Source: Bdellovibrio sp. (GTDB lineage: Bacteria > Bdellovibrionota > Bdellovibrionia > Bdellovibrionales > Bdellovibrionaceae). From it: DNA of 64,000 nucleotides. The translations under genes and the position numbers were made by a program. The stretch spans positions 864,001-928,000 of the forward strand of contig JAKFCY010000002.1 in assembly GCA_036676395.1 (NCBI GenBank). The letters run 5' to 3'. Shown here one piece after another: positions 49,976 through 59,796 of the stretch. Position 1 is the first letter of the stretch. Each line of letters begins with the position of its first letter. The notes under the pieces were generated by a model that had not been told where the DNA came from, searched no databases, and worked only from the letters and a program-made list of their open reading frames with translations.

Positions 49976-51040
49976 AGAATTACCGAAGTAATTAATATGG
50001 CCTAATTTCTTTTTAGGTCTATTTTCTTTTTTATCATACCAATGAAGTTTACCTTGCAGGCCGACTAGAATAGTGGGTTTTCTGTACGAAGTGCCCACGA
50101 TATTTTGCATTAAAAAATGTTTTGTCGATTGCACTTCAAGCGGAAACTTTTGATCAGCCACAGCACGTAAATGCATTTCGAACTGATCAAAAGAAAAAGC
50201 ATCTTGCGTGATATGACCTGAATTATGCACGCGAGGCGTGATTTCATTCACTAATAATTTAGAACCGACATCAAATAATTCAAAGTTAATCAGGCCCACA
50301 TAGTTAATGCGATTTAAAAGCGATGTGATTTTTTTAGTAAGTTCATTGCTTGCCGGATGAGTGTCGGGGCCCCATACGCGAAAACACTGTTGATTTTTTT
50401 GCAGCGAATTTAAAAGCGGGTACATAAAAATATCGCCGGCTTTATTGCGGCAGACGATTAATGATTTTTCACTTTTAAAATGCACGAATTTTTCGGCGAT
50501 AAACTGAGTTTCCTGGTTTTTATGGGTGCGTTTAAATAATTCAAACTGCGCTTTAGTTTTAATAATAAAAGTGCCGTGGCCATCGTGGCCGCCTAAGCGT
50601 TTTTTTAAAACCAATTCGCCATCAAAAACTTTATAGGCTGCTTCTAAATCATCTTTGCCGGTGATCTTAATAAAATCGCTGGTCGGAATTTGATAATCCC
50701 ATAAAAGCTCTTTTTGCGGCCAGCGATCTTGTAAAATCGCCAAATGTTCAAGATCAGGAATACAACGTGTTTTTGTTTTTTGTAAACCACGGGCAATCGT
50801 GCGCGCGGGAATAAATTCAGTCTCTAGGGTAATGACTTCAACGGCGCGAGCCAATTTTAAGATATCGTCTTCGTTATAGATTTTACCTTTGATCCAGGCA
50901 TTGGCATAACCAACAGCAGGATCGTCTTTATCCTCTGATAAAACCGTGACGTGAAAACCCATTTGGCGTGCCCGCTGAGTCATCATTTGAGCGAGTTGCC
51001 CGCCACCTAAAATCCCTATCTTTTTTCCGATAATCGCCAT
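49922..51040 (-). CDS. purK: N5-CAIR synthase (PurK)-like ATP-grasp protein
   Basis: IGILGGGQLAQM, QDR..QK, NEITPRVHNSGH, KKLGH; no purE in the window. Confidence 0.75.
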   Translation of the reverse strand: MAIIGKKIGILGGGQLAQMMTQRARQMGFHVTVLSEDKDDPAVGYANAWIKGKIYNEDDILKLARAVEVITLETEFIPARTIARGLQKTKTRCIPDLEHLAILQDRWPQKELLWDYQIPTSDFIKITGKDDLEAAYKVFDGELVLKKRLGGHDGHGTFIIKTKAQFELFKRTHKNQETQFIAEKFVHFKSEKSLIVCRNKAGDIFMYPLLNSLQKNQQCFRVWGPDTHPASNELTKKITSLLNRINYVGLINFELFDVGSKLLVNEITPRVHNSGHITQDAFSFDQFEMHLRAVADQKFPLEVQSTKHFLMQNIVGTSYRKPTILVGLQGKLHWYDKKENRPKKKLGHINYFGNSLRSLIALADFDLKKIKS

Positions 51041-51051
51041 ACACATACATT

Positions 51052-52092
51052 ATGCAATTTAGTTTTCCGTTATGTCTAGCCCCAATGGTGGGATTATCTC
51101 ACGTAGTTTTGCGAAAAATCGTTTTCGATTATATGCCGCAAGGACATGAGACTATTTGGCCAACCGAGATGCTAAATTCGCGCAGGGTACCGCAAGAAAA
51201 ATTAGGCGAAACCGCAGAAACTTTATTATTTGAAGGTGAACGCAACTTGGTTCCGCAAATTTTAGGTAACGAAAAAGCCGACATTCAAAAAACAATTCAC
51301 AAAATGATTTATGAATGGGGAGACGTCGGCACAGTTTCTGGCATCGACATCAACATGGGGTGCCCCGTGCAAAAAGCCTTAAAACACAATTACGGCGTCG
51401 CACTTATGGGAGACTTAAATTACGCAGCCCAAGTTGTGGAATTCGCAGCCACAGCCAGTGATAAACCAGTATCGGTCAAACTTCGTGCCGTCGGCAGTGA
51501 TAAATCAATTCCAGAATTAATTCATTTTGTAAAAACATTGCGTGATGCCGGCGCTCAGTGGATCACTTTACATCCACGAACTGCGGCACAAAAACGCCGT
51601 GGCCAAGCCGACTGGAATCAAATCACCGAATTAAAAAAAGCCTTAGATATTCCAATCATCGGTAACGGTGACATTCAAACAGCTGATGATGTTTTTTCGA
51701 TGTTAGAAACCACAGGCTGTGATCTGGTCATGTCGGGCCGTGGTTTGGCGGCGCGCCCATGGATGATGTGGCAAGTGGCCTATCGTAAGGGTTTAACTCA
51801 TGAAATTCCGCCGCTGACTGAATATGAAGAAGGCGCTGAGTACGGAAAAATGCTTTTAAAATTTATCCATTTAAGCCGTCATTTTTTCTGTGAAAAACTT
51901 GGCTATAAACCTGAATACGCCTTTCGTAAAATTCAATTTTTCGTGCGCACTACGCATGTCTGGCTTGAATGGGGTCACCCACTGACTTCAGAAGTAAACC
52001 GTTCAAAAACGTTTGAAGAGATGCTTGAGCGCGTAGAAAAGTTCTTCGCTCAGCCGCAAAGAATGTTGCCTTACACTGAATTACGCCAGTAA
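51052..52092 (+). CDS. tRNA-dihydrouridine synthase family protein
   Basis: LAPMVG, DINMGCP, SVKLR, LHPRT, IGNGDI, MSGRG. Confidence 0.92.
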   Translation: MQFSFPLCLAPMVGLSHVVLRKIVFDYMPQGHETIWPTEMLNSRRVPQEKLGETAETLLFEGERNLVPQILGNEKADIQKTIHKMIYEWGDVGTVSGIDINMGCPVQKALKHNYGVALMGDLNYAAQVVEFAATASDKPVSVKLRAVGSDKSIPELIHFVKTLRDAGAQWITLHPRTAAQKRRGQADWNQITELKKALDIPIIGNGDIQTADDVFSMLETTGCDLVMSGRGLAARPWMMWQVAYRKGLTHEIPPLTEYEEGAEYGKMLLKFIHLSRHFFCEKLGYKPEYAFRKIQFFVRTTHVWLEWGHPLTSEVNRSKTFEEMLERVEKFFAQPQRMLPYTELRQ

Positions 52093-52102
52093 GCTTTCAA
52101 GT

Positions 52103-52618
52103 ATGCCTTTAGTCATACGCCAATTATCCCCGCAAGATGAAGCTGCCTTTTTTGAAGGAATGAAGCTGTGGTCAGAAAAAGACCTCGGTTGGTATACATT
52201 TTCATGGAAGCCAGGAATGTCATATCAAGATATGCTTAAGATTCTAGAAGATGAATGCGCTGGTCGTAATATAGCTGCAGGACGAGTGGCGCACACAATG
52301 CTCTATGCATTTTTAGATGGTAAAATCATTGGCCGCGTAAGTATTCGTCATGAATTAAATGATTTTTTACTTCGTCGCGGCGGCAACATCGGTTATTCAG
52401 TGGCTGAAAGCTATCGCCGCAAAGGCTTTGCTACCGAGCTTATGAAAGCAGGGATGGATTACTGCAAAACTTTAGGTTTAGCGAAGATCTTGGTCACTTG
52501 TGATGATGAAAATGTGCCATCATGGAAAATCATCGAAAAATTCGATGCCACTTTAGAAAACAAATTTATCGACGAAATCGAGAATAAAACCATTCGCCGC
52601 TATTGGGTAAAATTATAA
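52103..52618 (+). CDS. GNAT family acetyltransferase
   Basis: IRHELN..L...GGNIGY, RRKGFA, LVTCD..N.PS.KIIE. Confidence 0.88.
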   Translation: MPLVIRQLSPQDEAAFFEGMKLWSEKDLGWYTFSWKPGMSYQDMLKILEDECAGRNIAAGRVAHTMLYAFLDGKIIGRVSIRHELNDFLLRRGGNIGYSVAESYRRKGFATELMKAGMDYCKTLGLAKILVTCDDENVPSWKIIEKFDATLENKFIDEIENKTIRRYWVKL

Positions 52619-52630
52619 CGCATTAAATTT

Positions 52631-52671
52631 GCTCGGGGTTTAGGTCAACAATGTTGACTGAAGCCCTGAGT
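52631..52671. terminator. Long hairpin between convergent genes
   Basis: GCTCGGGGTTT..GTCAACA/TGTTGAC..AAGCCCTGAGT; no strong U tract. Confidence 0.5.
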
Positions 52672-52708
52672 GCCGAAAACGCGTTATTTTTCTAGAGTTG
52701 ATAACTGA

Positions 52709-54277
52709 TTACGATAAATGAGCGACTTGGCGTGAATTCAATGAAGATGTTTTCTTCACTGAAGAAGCTGTCACAGACTGTGTGCCAAGGCCTTTGGCGA
52801 TAGCTTGGGCTTTCATGAATGGTGGAATATCACGTTTTTTTACGCCTTCGCAGAAATCGGCTTTGATGATTTCGAAAGCTTTTTCGCTATCATCGGTGCG
52901 CATGATAATATAGTCGTAAGCTTTTTCGGCGAGATTCATCAATGAGATAGAATGAGTTTCTGAGTATTTCTCAGATAAATAATCTACGAATTTCATGTAG
53001 TTCCAGAAGAATGAGCCTTCGAAAGTACTGATCCATTTCATAAACTGCGGAAAATCACCGCTATTAGCATATAGATCCCAGAACTTCGCAAAGCGGTTCA
53101 TGGTCTGCAAAGTGTTATAGTCCATCGTCGAAGTTGATAGAATTTGGTACGGCGAAAAATCTTGGTAGCGCATTTTGAATGTCGTCTCGTGGCGCACGAT
53201 CGGAGTTCCCTTAAGGCGCTTAAGGATTCCCACTTGAATCTCGTGGGGGCCCAGCTGAGCTAGGCGGTCAAAGCCTTCAGCGAAAGATTCTAAAGTCTCG
53301 CCGGGTAAACCTACGATAAGATCGGCGTGCGTGTGCACATGTGTATTCTCGTTGATGAACTTGAAATTTTCTGCAACTTTAACAAGATCATTTTTTCTTG
53401 AGACATTTGTTGCAACTACTGGATTTAACGTTTGAATACCGACTTCGAATTGTAAACTTCCGGCAGGAAATTGTTTAATCAGCTCGCGAATTTCAACTGG
53501 CAAACGATCGGGCACCATTTCAAAATGCAGAAATAAACCTTTATCCAGATGCTGCATAAAGAAGTTTAAAATCTTAGTAGAAGTCGTTGGGCTTAAATTA
53601 AAAGTGCGATCGACGAACTTAAAACAGCGGGCGCCCCTGTTAATAAGTATTTCGATATCAGCTAAGAATTGATCTAAATTAAAGCTGCGTACCGATTTAT
53701 CAAGAGACGATAGGCAGTATTCGCATTTGTACGGGCAGCCGCGCGAGGCTTCAACATAGATCACACGGTTTGCAATATCATTATCACTATATAGATAGTA
53801 CGGCAGTTTTAAATCGGGCAGTAAGGGAAGAACTCCGCGGATGATTTTGTCTTGGCTATCGTGGCCAGACAGGTGTTCACGGCAGAACTGTGGAAAAAGA
53901 AGATCGGCTTCGCCGCAGATAATATGATCAGCTAATTGATAAAGTCTTTGGCCTTCGGTTTCGTAAGAGACTTCTGGGCCGCCAAGTACAAGTTCTATAT
54001 CTGGCGCTACTTTCTTAAGAATTGAGCAAACTTCAAAGACCTGTTCGTTATTCCAGATGTAGACGCCGAAGCCGACGATCTTTGGATTTAGGTTTAAGAT
54101 CTTTTCAACGATGTTGCGCGGGTTTTCTTTGATGGTCCATTCGATAAGTTCAGTTTTATCAGTCATCTCTGCCATTTGGGCATAGATATAACGTAAGCCG
54201 AATGAGCTGTGCTGGTAGGTGGAATTCAATGTGCAGATCAGGATGTCTTTTTGGATCTCGGTTTTTGGGTGGCTCAT
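52709..54277 (-). CDS. Cobalamin-binding radical SAM protein
   Basis: B12-binding region (VGFGVYIWN, GGPEVS), EASRGCPYKCEYC. Confidence 0.9.
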   Translation of the reverse strand: MSHPKTEIQKDILICTLNSTYQHSSFGLRYIYAQMAEMTDKTELIEWTIKENPRNIVEKILNLNPKIVGFGVYIWNNEQVFEVCSILKKVAPDIELVLGGPEVSYETEGQRLYQLADHIICGEADLLFPQFCREHLSGHDSQDKIIRGVLPLLPDLKLPYYLYSDNDIANRVIYVEASRGCPYKCEYCLSSLDKSVRSFNLDQFLADIEILINRGARCFKFVDRTFNLSPTTSTKILNFFMQHLDKGLFLHFEMVPDRLPVEIRELIKQFPAGSLQFEVGIQTLNPVVATNVSRKNDLVKVAENFKFINENTHVHTHADLIVGLPGETLESFAEGFDRLAQLGPHEIQVGILKRLKGTPIVRHETTFKMRYQDFSPYQILSTSTMDYNTLQTMNRFAKFWDLYANSGDFPQFMKWISTFEGSFFWNYMKFVDYLSEKYSETHSISLMNLAEKAYDYIIMRTDDSEKAFEIIKADFCEGVKKRDIPPFMKAQAIAKGLGTQSVTASSVKKTSSLNSRQVAHLS

Positions 54278-54765
54278 GCAGCCGTTGTTTTAGCGAATCC
54301 CTCTAGAATGTCATAGCATTTTCTGATTTCTAAAAAACTTTCATGGCATCCGCCACTATCTGGGTGGTTTTTCAACGCGGCAAGTTTATAAGCTTTTTTT
54401 AACTGCAAAAGTGTGAATCCCTCGGGAAACAGACGGTGGGCTACAAGGATCGGAAGTTCCATGGCGTACAATAAAGATTCGTAGGCTTTGAATTGTGTCT
54501 CGGTCATGCCTTGAGATTTCAATTTAAATTCACGAGCAGTCACTGTTCTGTCTGTAAAGTTTTGTCTGTAGGAATACGATGAAACTGAATGATTTTGCAC
54601 TCTTACGTTAGGCATATCATTTTGCAAACTACCCATTAAATGAGAGAGAAAAGCAGGTTCTAAGGTGCCGGAAATCTCTTGCGAATGTTCAATGTTTATC
54701 GCTGTTTCAGTCTCGTTTTCAGAGTTAAGATTTTCTAAAATTTCAGCGAAAGAAGTGTCTCTCAT
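54274..54765 (-). CDS. C-terminal J-domain protein
   Basis: LKKAYKLAALKNHPDSGG; ATGA overlap with the radical SAM gene; CCCGATAA 7 nt before the ATG. Confidence 0.8.
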   Translation of the reverse strand: MRDTSFAEILENLNSENETETAINIEHSQEISGTLEPAFLSHLMGSLQNDMPNVRVQNHSVSSYSYRQNFTDRTVTAREFKLKSQGMTETQFKAYESLLYAMELPILVAHRLFPEGFTLLQLKKAYKLAALKNHPDSGGCHESFLEIRKCYDILEGFAKTTAA

Positions 54766-54984
54766 AGAGACTTTATCGGGATAAATTCCCCGCTACCAGA
54801 GTAGAGAAGTTGCGATCCCCCTCTAAAAAAAGTGAAAATAATTGTTTTTTTCTCTCGACAAAGGGTTTTTCCTAGACTTATGCTTAGATTCACTAAGACT
54901 TTTATATTAAGACGATCGTCAATGATGATGACCGTCATGAGATTGAAAACAATGCCTTAACAACCCTTAACGGAGGAATTAACC

Positions 54985-55365
54985 ATGGCAAAGAAAACAG
55001 CAAAAAAAGCAGCTCCTAAAAAAGCTACAGCAAAAAAAGCAGCTCCTAAAAAAGCCGCTCCTGCAAAAAAAGCAGCTCCTGCGAAAAAAGCAGCTCCTAA
55101 AAAAGCCGCTGCTAAACGTCAACCAAACGCAGCTTTCATGAAAGCTTTAACTCCATCTACTACTTTAGCAGCTATCGTTGGTGCTTCTGCATTACCTCGC
55201 ACTGAAGTTGTTAAAAAATTATGGGCTTACATCAAAAAGAACGGTTTACAAGATTCTAAAAATCGTCGCAACATCAACGCTGACGACAAATTAAAACCAA
55301 TCTTCGGAAAAAACCAAGTTTCTATGTTCGAAATGACAAAACTTGTTTCTAAGCACTTAAAATAG
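54985..55365 (+). CDS. SWIB/MDM2-domain protein with histone H1-like AKKAAP repeats
   Basis: PRTEVVKKLWAYIKKNGLQD...INADDKL...SMFEM; GGAGG RBS. Confidence 0.9.
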   Translation: MAKKTAKKAAPKKATAKKAAPKKAAPAKKAAPAKKAAPKKAAAKRQPNAAFMKALTPSTTLAAIVGASALPRTEVVKKLWAYIKKNGLQDSKNRRNINADDKLKPIFGKNQVSMFEMTKLVSKHLK

Positions 55366-55406
55366 GTTTTAGTTTTCTTAGCTCGTCGCAAGACGGTAAG
55401 AAAGAT

Positions 55407-55437
55407 AAGGTCAACCTTCGGGTTGGCCTTTTTTTTT
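55407..55437 (+). terminator. Intrinsic terminator
   Basis: AAGGTCAACC-TTCG-GGTTGGCCTT followed by a T run. Confidence 0.85.
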
Positions 55438-55471
55438 GCTATTATGCCCCCTCGAGAGTATACTCTTGGGC

Positions 55472-56245
55472 ATGTCAAACTCCCGCGCCCCAGTTCCTTT
55501 CAACAAGGACGAAATTCAAAAAATGCGTACTGTCTGCAAAATGGCCGCAAAAGTTCTTAACTACACAGCCAGCAAGGTTAAGCCGGGTATTACTACTTTA
55601 GAATTAGATAAAATTGCTGATGATTACACAAAATCAATCGGCGGAATTTCAGCCTGCATTGGTTATCACGGGTATCCGTTTGCGACCTGCATTTCGGTGA
55701 ACGAAGTGGTTTGTCACGGGACTCCGTCAGACTACGTGATCAAAGAGGGCGATATTTTAAATATTGATGTCACCGTTAAAAAAGATGGCTTCTTCGGAGA
55801 CACGTCTAAAACCGTGATGGTGGGTAAAGTTTCAAAAACTGCGGCAGATATTGTCGATGCAGCTTATAACGCCATGATGACCGGCATAGAAGCCATCAAG
55901 CCTAATGGATACACAGGTGATATCGGTTTTGAAACTAACAAATATGTCACTCGTCGCGGCTACACCACAGTTAAAGAAATCGGTGGTCATGGCATTGGTA
56001 GAATCTTTCATATGGATCCCTTTGTGCCGGCTTTCGGTAAACGCGGTAAAGGCGAAAAGATCATACCTTGGACATGTTTCACGGTTGAACCCATGGTGAA
56101 TGAGGGCGAAGAAGACTTCGAAGAGTTTTCTATTCCCAATTCAGATATTAAGTATTACATAACTACGGATAAGAAACTTTCTGCCCAGTTCGAGCACACG
56201 ATATTGATTACAGACACAGGATATGAAATTTTAACCCTTGAATAA
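55472..56245 (+). CDS. map: Type I methionine aminopeptidase
   Basis: CISVNEVVCHG, NIDVT, GDTS, GHGIG, TVEPM, SAQFEHT. Confidence 0.95.
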   Translation: MSNSRAPVPFNKDEIQKMRTVCKMAAKVLNYTASKVKPGITTLELDKIADDYTKSIGGISACIGYHGYPFATCISVNEVVCHGTPSDYVIKEGDILNIDVTVKKDGFFGDTSKTVMVGKVSKTAADIVDAAYNAMMTGIEAIKPNGYTGDIGFETNKYVTRRGYTTVKEIGGHGIGRIFHMDPFVPAFGKRGKGEKIIPWTCFTVEPMVNEGEEDFEEFSIPNSDIKYYITTDKKLSAQFEHTILITDTGYEILTLE

Positions 56246-56254
56246 GGAACACAC

Positions 56255-57691
56255 ATGAGAACACAAGCATCTAATAACGCAAAAAAAACAGCCGCTTCTA
56301 AAGCGATCGCTGCCGCCGTATCAAAAAGCAAAACAGCAGTAAAAAGCAAGTCAGCAAAAAATGCGACGGCTAATGATTACCGCGTTTGCAAAGAAGCTAT
56401 GGAAAATCCTAAAGTATTCGCTGAATTAGCTCGTTGGGGCCGCGAAGAAATTAAAATTGCTGAAAAAGAAATGCCAGGTTTAATGGCTATCAGAAAAGAG
56501 TTCGGTAAATCGCAACCGTTAAAAGGTGCGAAAATCGCTGGTTGCTTACACATGACAATTCAAACTGCAGTGCTAATTGAGACTTTAACTCACCTTGGAG
56601 CTGAAGTTCGTTGGTCATCTTGCAATATCTTCTCTACGCAAGATCAAGCAGCAGTAGCCATTGCTGCAACTGGTGTTCCGGTTTTTGCTTGGAAGGGTTT
56701 AACTGAAGACGAATTCAACTGGTGTATTGAACAAACAATCACTGGCTGGGGTAAAGAAGGCTACAACATCATTCTTGATGATGGCGGCGACTTAACAAAT
56801 ATGATGCATACTCCTAAGTTTGCACACATGCTTAAAAAAATCGTTGGTGTTTCTGAAGAAACAACAACTGGCGTACATAACTTAGAAGTTATGTTAAAAA
56901 ATAAAAAATTAAAAATTCCTGCAATCAACGTAAATGATTCAGTAACTAAATCTAAATTCGACAACTTATACGGTTGCCGTGAATCATTAACTGACGCTTT
57001 AAAACGCGCTACAGATGTAATGATGGCTGGTAAAACTTGTGTTGTTGCCGGTTACGGAGACGTAGGTAAAGGTTCTGCTTTCTCTATGAAAGGTTTAGGC
57101 GCTCGCGTTCTTATCACTGAAATCGATCCTATCTGCGCATTACAAGCAGCTATGGAAGGTTTTCAAGTAGTAACTATGGAAGAAGCAGCTCCAATCGCTG
57201 ATATTTTCGTAACAGCTACTGGTTGCTGCGATATCATCACTGAAAAACATTTCAATAAAATGAAAGACAACGCGATTGTTTGTAACATCGGTCACTTCGA
57301 TATCGAAATCGATATGGCTTGGTTAAACAAAAATTCAAAACAACGCGAAATCAAACCGCAAGTTGATGTTCACACATTGAAAAACGGAAACGAAATCGTT
57401 GTTCTTGCTAAAGGCCGCTTAGTGAACTTAGGTTGCGCTACAGGGCATCCATCTTTCGTAATGTCTAATTCGTTCACTAACCAAGTGTTAGCGCAAATCG
57501 AATTATTTAAAAACGGCGCAAAATACAAAGAAATCGCGATCTACCGTTTACCTAAACACTTAGACGAAAAAGTAGCGGCATTACACTTAGGTCAAATCGG
57601 CGTTAAATTATCTAAACTTACTTCTAAACAAGCTAAGTATTTACATTTAAATGAAGAAGGACCATTCAAACCTGAGCACTACCGTTACTAA
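56255..57691 (+). CDS. ahcY: Adenosylhomocysteinase
   Basis: [47 protein letters not shown]. Confidence 0.97.
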   Translation: MRTQASNNAKKTAASKAIAAAVSKSKTAVKSKSAKNATANDYRVCKEAMENPKVFAELARWGREEIKIAEKEMPGLMAIRKEFGKSQPLKGAKIAGCLHMTIQTAVLIETLTHLGAEVRWSSCNIFSTQDQAAVAIAATGVPVFAWKGLTEDEFNWCIEQTITGWGKEGYNIILDDGGDLTNMMHTPKFAHMLKKIVGVSEETTTGVHNLEVMLKNKKLKIPAINVNDSVTKSKFDNLYGCRESLTDALKRATDVMMAGKTCVVAGYGDVGKGSAFSMKGLGARVLITEIDPICALQAAMEGFQVVTMEEAAPIADIFVTATGCCDIITEKHFNKMKDNAIVCNIGHFDIEIDMAWLNKNSKQREIKPQVDVHTLKNGNEIVVLAKGRLVNLGCATGHPSFVMSNSFTNQVLAQIELFKNGAKYKEIAIYRLPKHLDEKVAALHLGQIGVKLSKLTSKQAKYLHLNEEGPFKPEHYRY

Positions 57692-57717
57692 ACGGTAGCT
57701 CCTCAAAAAGAGGGACT

Positions 57718-58506
57718 ATGATAACATTCATGTTTATCAGTTTATCGATTCTTCCTATTTGCGCGCTGGTTTCCGGCGCGCTTTTTTTGCGCGTAAAAAA
57801 TCAACCTTTACATGTGCCATCGTTTTTACTTTTTGGCTTTTTAACGATGTATGTAGATTTTCATTATTATTACCGCGCGTATGAAGTTACGTTTTCGAAA
57901 GAGCAGTGGGGGCCAGCGGCTACCACGATGGGTATGTTTTCAATTGTCACAACATTGAATGCGGTTTGTTTTGGTTTATTGGGCGCGGGGATTTATTCGC
58001 TTTTCAGCCGATTGACTAAAAAACAAGACGCTTACGCAAAACTATCAACCACAAAAATCGCAGCAGTTTTAATTTTGGCGATGTCGACAGCGACGTTTCA
58101 GATTATGAATCATCACAGTCAATCAGCCAGTCAAAAAATCATTGCTAAAGCGTCTGGTGATTTAACGCCTGAGCTTGTGAGTGAACTATTACAGATTAAT
58201 CAGAACATAAAAGATAAAACAATGATTACAACATTGTTAATGAATCCGAACTGTCCTGAAGCTGTTTTAAATGAGTATTCACAAAAAGACGCTGTTTTAT
58301 ACCGCGCTTCGGTTTTAAAAAACCCGAATGTAACCCAGGAAATTGTGACCAAGTTGGCAACGGATGAAAACGAAGTTGTCAGATATCATGTAGTTATTAA
58401 TAAAAAAGTCACGAATGAGCTGTTGGCGCAACTCTCTCAAGACCCAGCCAAAGATGTGCGTAAGAAAGCACAGGCTATGTTAGAAAATCGTACCGAGAAA
58501 AAGTAA
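57718..58506 (+). CDS. Membrane protein with C-terminal LRV/HEAT-like repeats
   Basis: Four TM helices; repeated NPN.....L..LA.D....VR. Confidence 0.7.
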   Translation: MITFMFISLSILPICALVSGALFLRVKNQPLHVPSFLLFGFLTMYVDFHYYYRAYEVTFSKEQWGPAATTMGMFSIVTTLNAVCFGLLGAGIYSLFSRLTKKQDAYAKLSTTKIAAVLILAMSTATFQIMNHHSQSASQKIIAKASGDLTPELVSELLQINQNIKDKTMITTLLMNPNCPEAVLNEYSQKDAVLYRASVLKNPNVTQEIVTKLATDENEVVRYHVVINKKVTNELLAQLSQDPAKDVRKKAQAMLENRTEKK

Positions 58507-58535
58507 AAAAAAGCGGAGTAGATCTCCGCTTTTTT
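58505..58535. terminator. Bidirectional intrinsic terminator
   Basis: A8-GCGGAG...CTCCGC-T6. Confidence 0.85.
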
Positions 58536-58544
58536 ATTTCTAAT

Positions 58545-59093
58545 CTAATTTGTTTTGATCTGATCGATATAGTATCTTAATTCGCCGATACTTTCGCGAA
58601 TATCACCTAAAGCGCGATGCGCATTCTGCTTACGATACATTTTATCAAATTTATTATTAAAAATAATCTTCCAAGAGCTTACGTCTAACATTCTGTAATG
58701 TAGGCGCTCGGCGATTTTTGGAAAATACTTATCTACAAATAAACGATCTTGCGTGATCGAGTTACCGGCCATGATCGGGCGAAATTTTTTGTCTTCTTTC
58801 CATTGTGGCCAGTGACGGTCAATCATCGAAGTCACATGAAATTCAACCGTATCTGGCTCCATACCGTTCGGCACAGCCGCCGTTAAGCCCGAAGCGCCGT
58901 GATGTTCGGTATTCCAGGCATCCATCGCGTCTAGGTACTTTTGCGGCTGTTTAACGATGGCTTCAAAGCTATCTAGCTCTTTGAAATCTAAGTCTGTGAT
59001 AATGCAGGCGCATTCGATCACGACTTCTTTGTTTACATCAAGGCCTGTCATTTCCATATCAAGCCAAAGAAGTTTTGAGATTTTATCTAACAT
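58545..59093 (-). CDS. orn: Oligoribonuclease
   Basis: WLDMEMTGL, HHGASGL, AGNS..QDR.F, HYR.LDVSS, HRALGDI.ESI.EL. Confidence 0.94.
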   Translation of the reverse strand: MLDKISKLLWLDMEMTGLDVNKEVVIECACIITDLDFKELDSFEAIVKQPQKYLDAMDAWNTEHHGASGLTAAVPNGMEPDTVEFHVTSMIDRHWPQWKEDKKFRPIMAGNSITQDRLFVDKYFPKIAERLHYRMLDVSSWKIIFNNKFDKMYRKQNAHRALGDIRESIGELRYYIDQIKTN

Positions 59094-59104
59094 GTTTTTA
59101 AAAC

Positions 59105-59434
59105 CTATTTCTTAGTTTCAGTTTTTGCTTCAGGTAATTGAACTTTGTAGTTATCGCCTGCAGATTTAACGGCTGCATCTAATGCTACTGTATCTAAAGT
59201 TTTACCTTCTTTTAAGCGTAAAGAGATTTTGCCAAGTTGTTTTTTGCTATCAATAACAGTTACGCCGCAAGATTCAAAATTTTCAGACAATTTAGCATCA
59301 GCACATACTTTTTTACTGATCATTTTAGTGCAAGCTGCGCAGTGAACGCCTTCTACGATCAGGTCGGTTGTAGCATCAGCAGCAGGCGATAAAGTCGCAG
59401 TCAAAGTAATAAGCGCAATAATAAGCGTTTTCAT
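59105..59434 (-). CDS. Periplasmic heavy-metal-associated (HMA-like) protein
   Basis: Signal peptide; VEGVHCAAC. Confidence 0.7.
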   Translation of the reverse strand: MKTLIIALITLTATLSPAADATTDLIVEGVHCAACTKMISKKVCADAKLSENFESCGVTVIDSKKQLGKISLRLKEGKTLDTVALDAAVKSAGDNYKVQLPEAKTETKK

Positions 59435-59612
59435 AGGGGGCTCCTTCAGGATTTTGTCGAAAACCTAGTATGAACCAAAGTCGGCACACTGGGAATCGGG
59501 AAATTATCCCCAAATAAGTTTTTATTGCTATTTTATTACGCAGTGTAAAAAAAGTAGTTGAAAACAAACCGTCTTTCCCAATATATTGGTCCCACTGCAA
59601 ATATTACTTAAC

Positions 59613-59689
59613 GGAGTTGTAGTTAAGTTGGTTATAACGTCCGCCTGTCACGCGGAAGGCCGCGGGTTCGAGTCCCGTCAACTCCGCCA
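59613..59689 (+). tRNA. tRNA-Asp(GTC)
   Basis: Cloverleaf: acceptor GGAGTTG/CAACTCC, anticodon stem TCCGC/GCGGA with GTC at 59647-59649, TTCGA T-loop, encoded CCA. Confidence 0.97.
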
Positions 59690-59796
59690 TTTTTCTCATG
59701 AATAATTTCAAATACTTAGATACGATTTTTCCTAAGAAGCCGAACGGGTTTCGAACTTTTTTATAATAAAATAATTTTAACGATTGGAAGGCGCTT

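Noticed and set aside
54911..54937. Hairpin in the SWIB gene leader as a riboswitch
   Set aside because: A single imperfect stem; no aptamer consensus recognised
54988..55115. Tandem AAAAAAGCAGCTCCT repeats as a possible CRISPR or VNTR
   Set aside because: They encode the AKKAAP peptide repeat; no unique spacers and no cas genes
56246..56254. SAH riboswitch upstream of ahcY
   Set aside because: Only 9 nt separate map and ahcY
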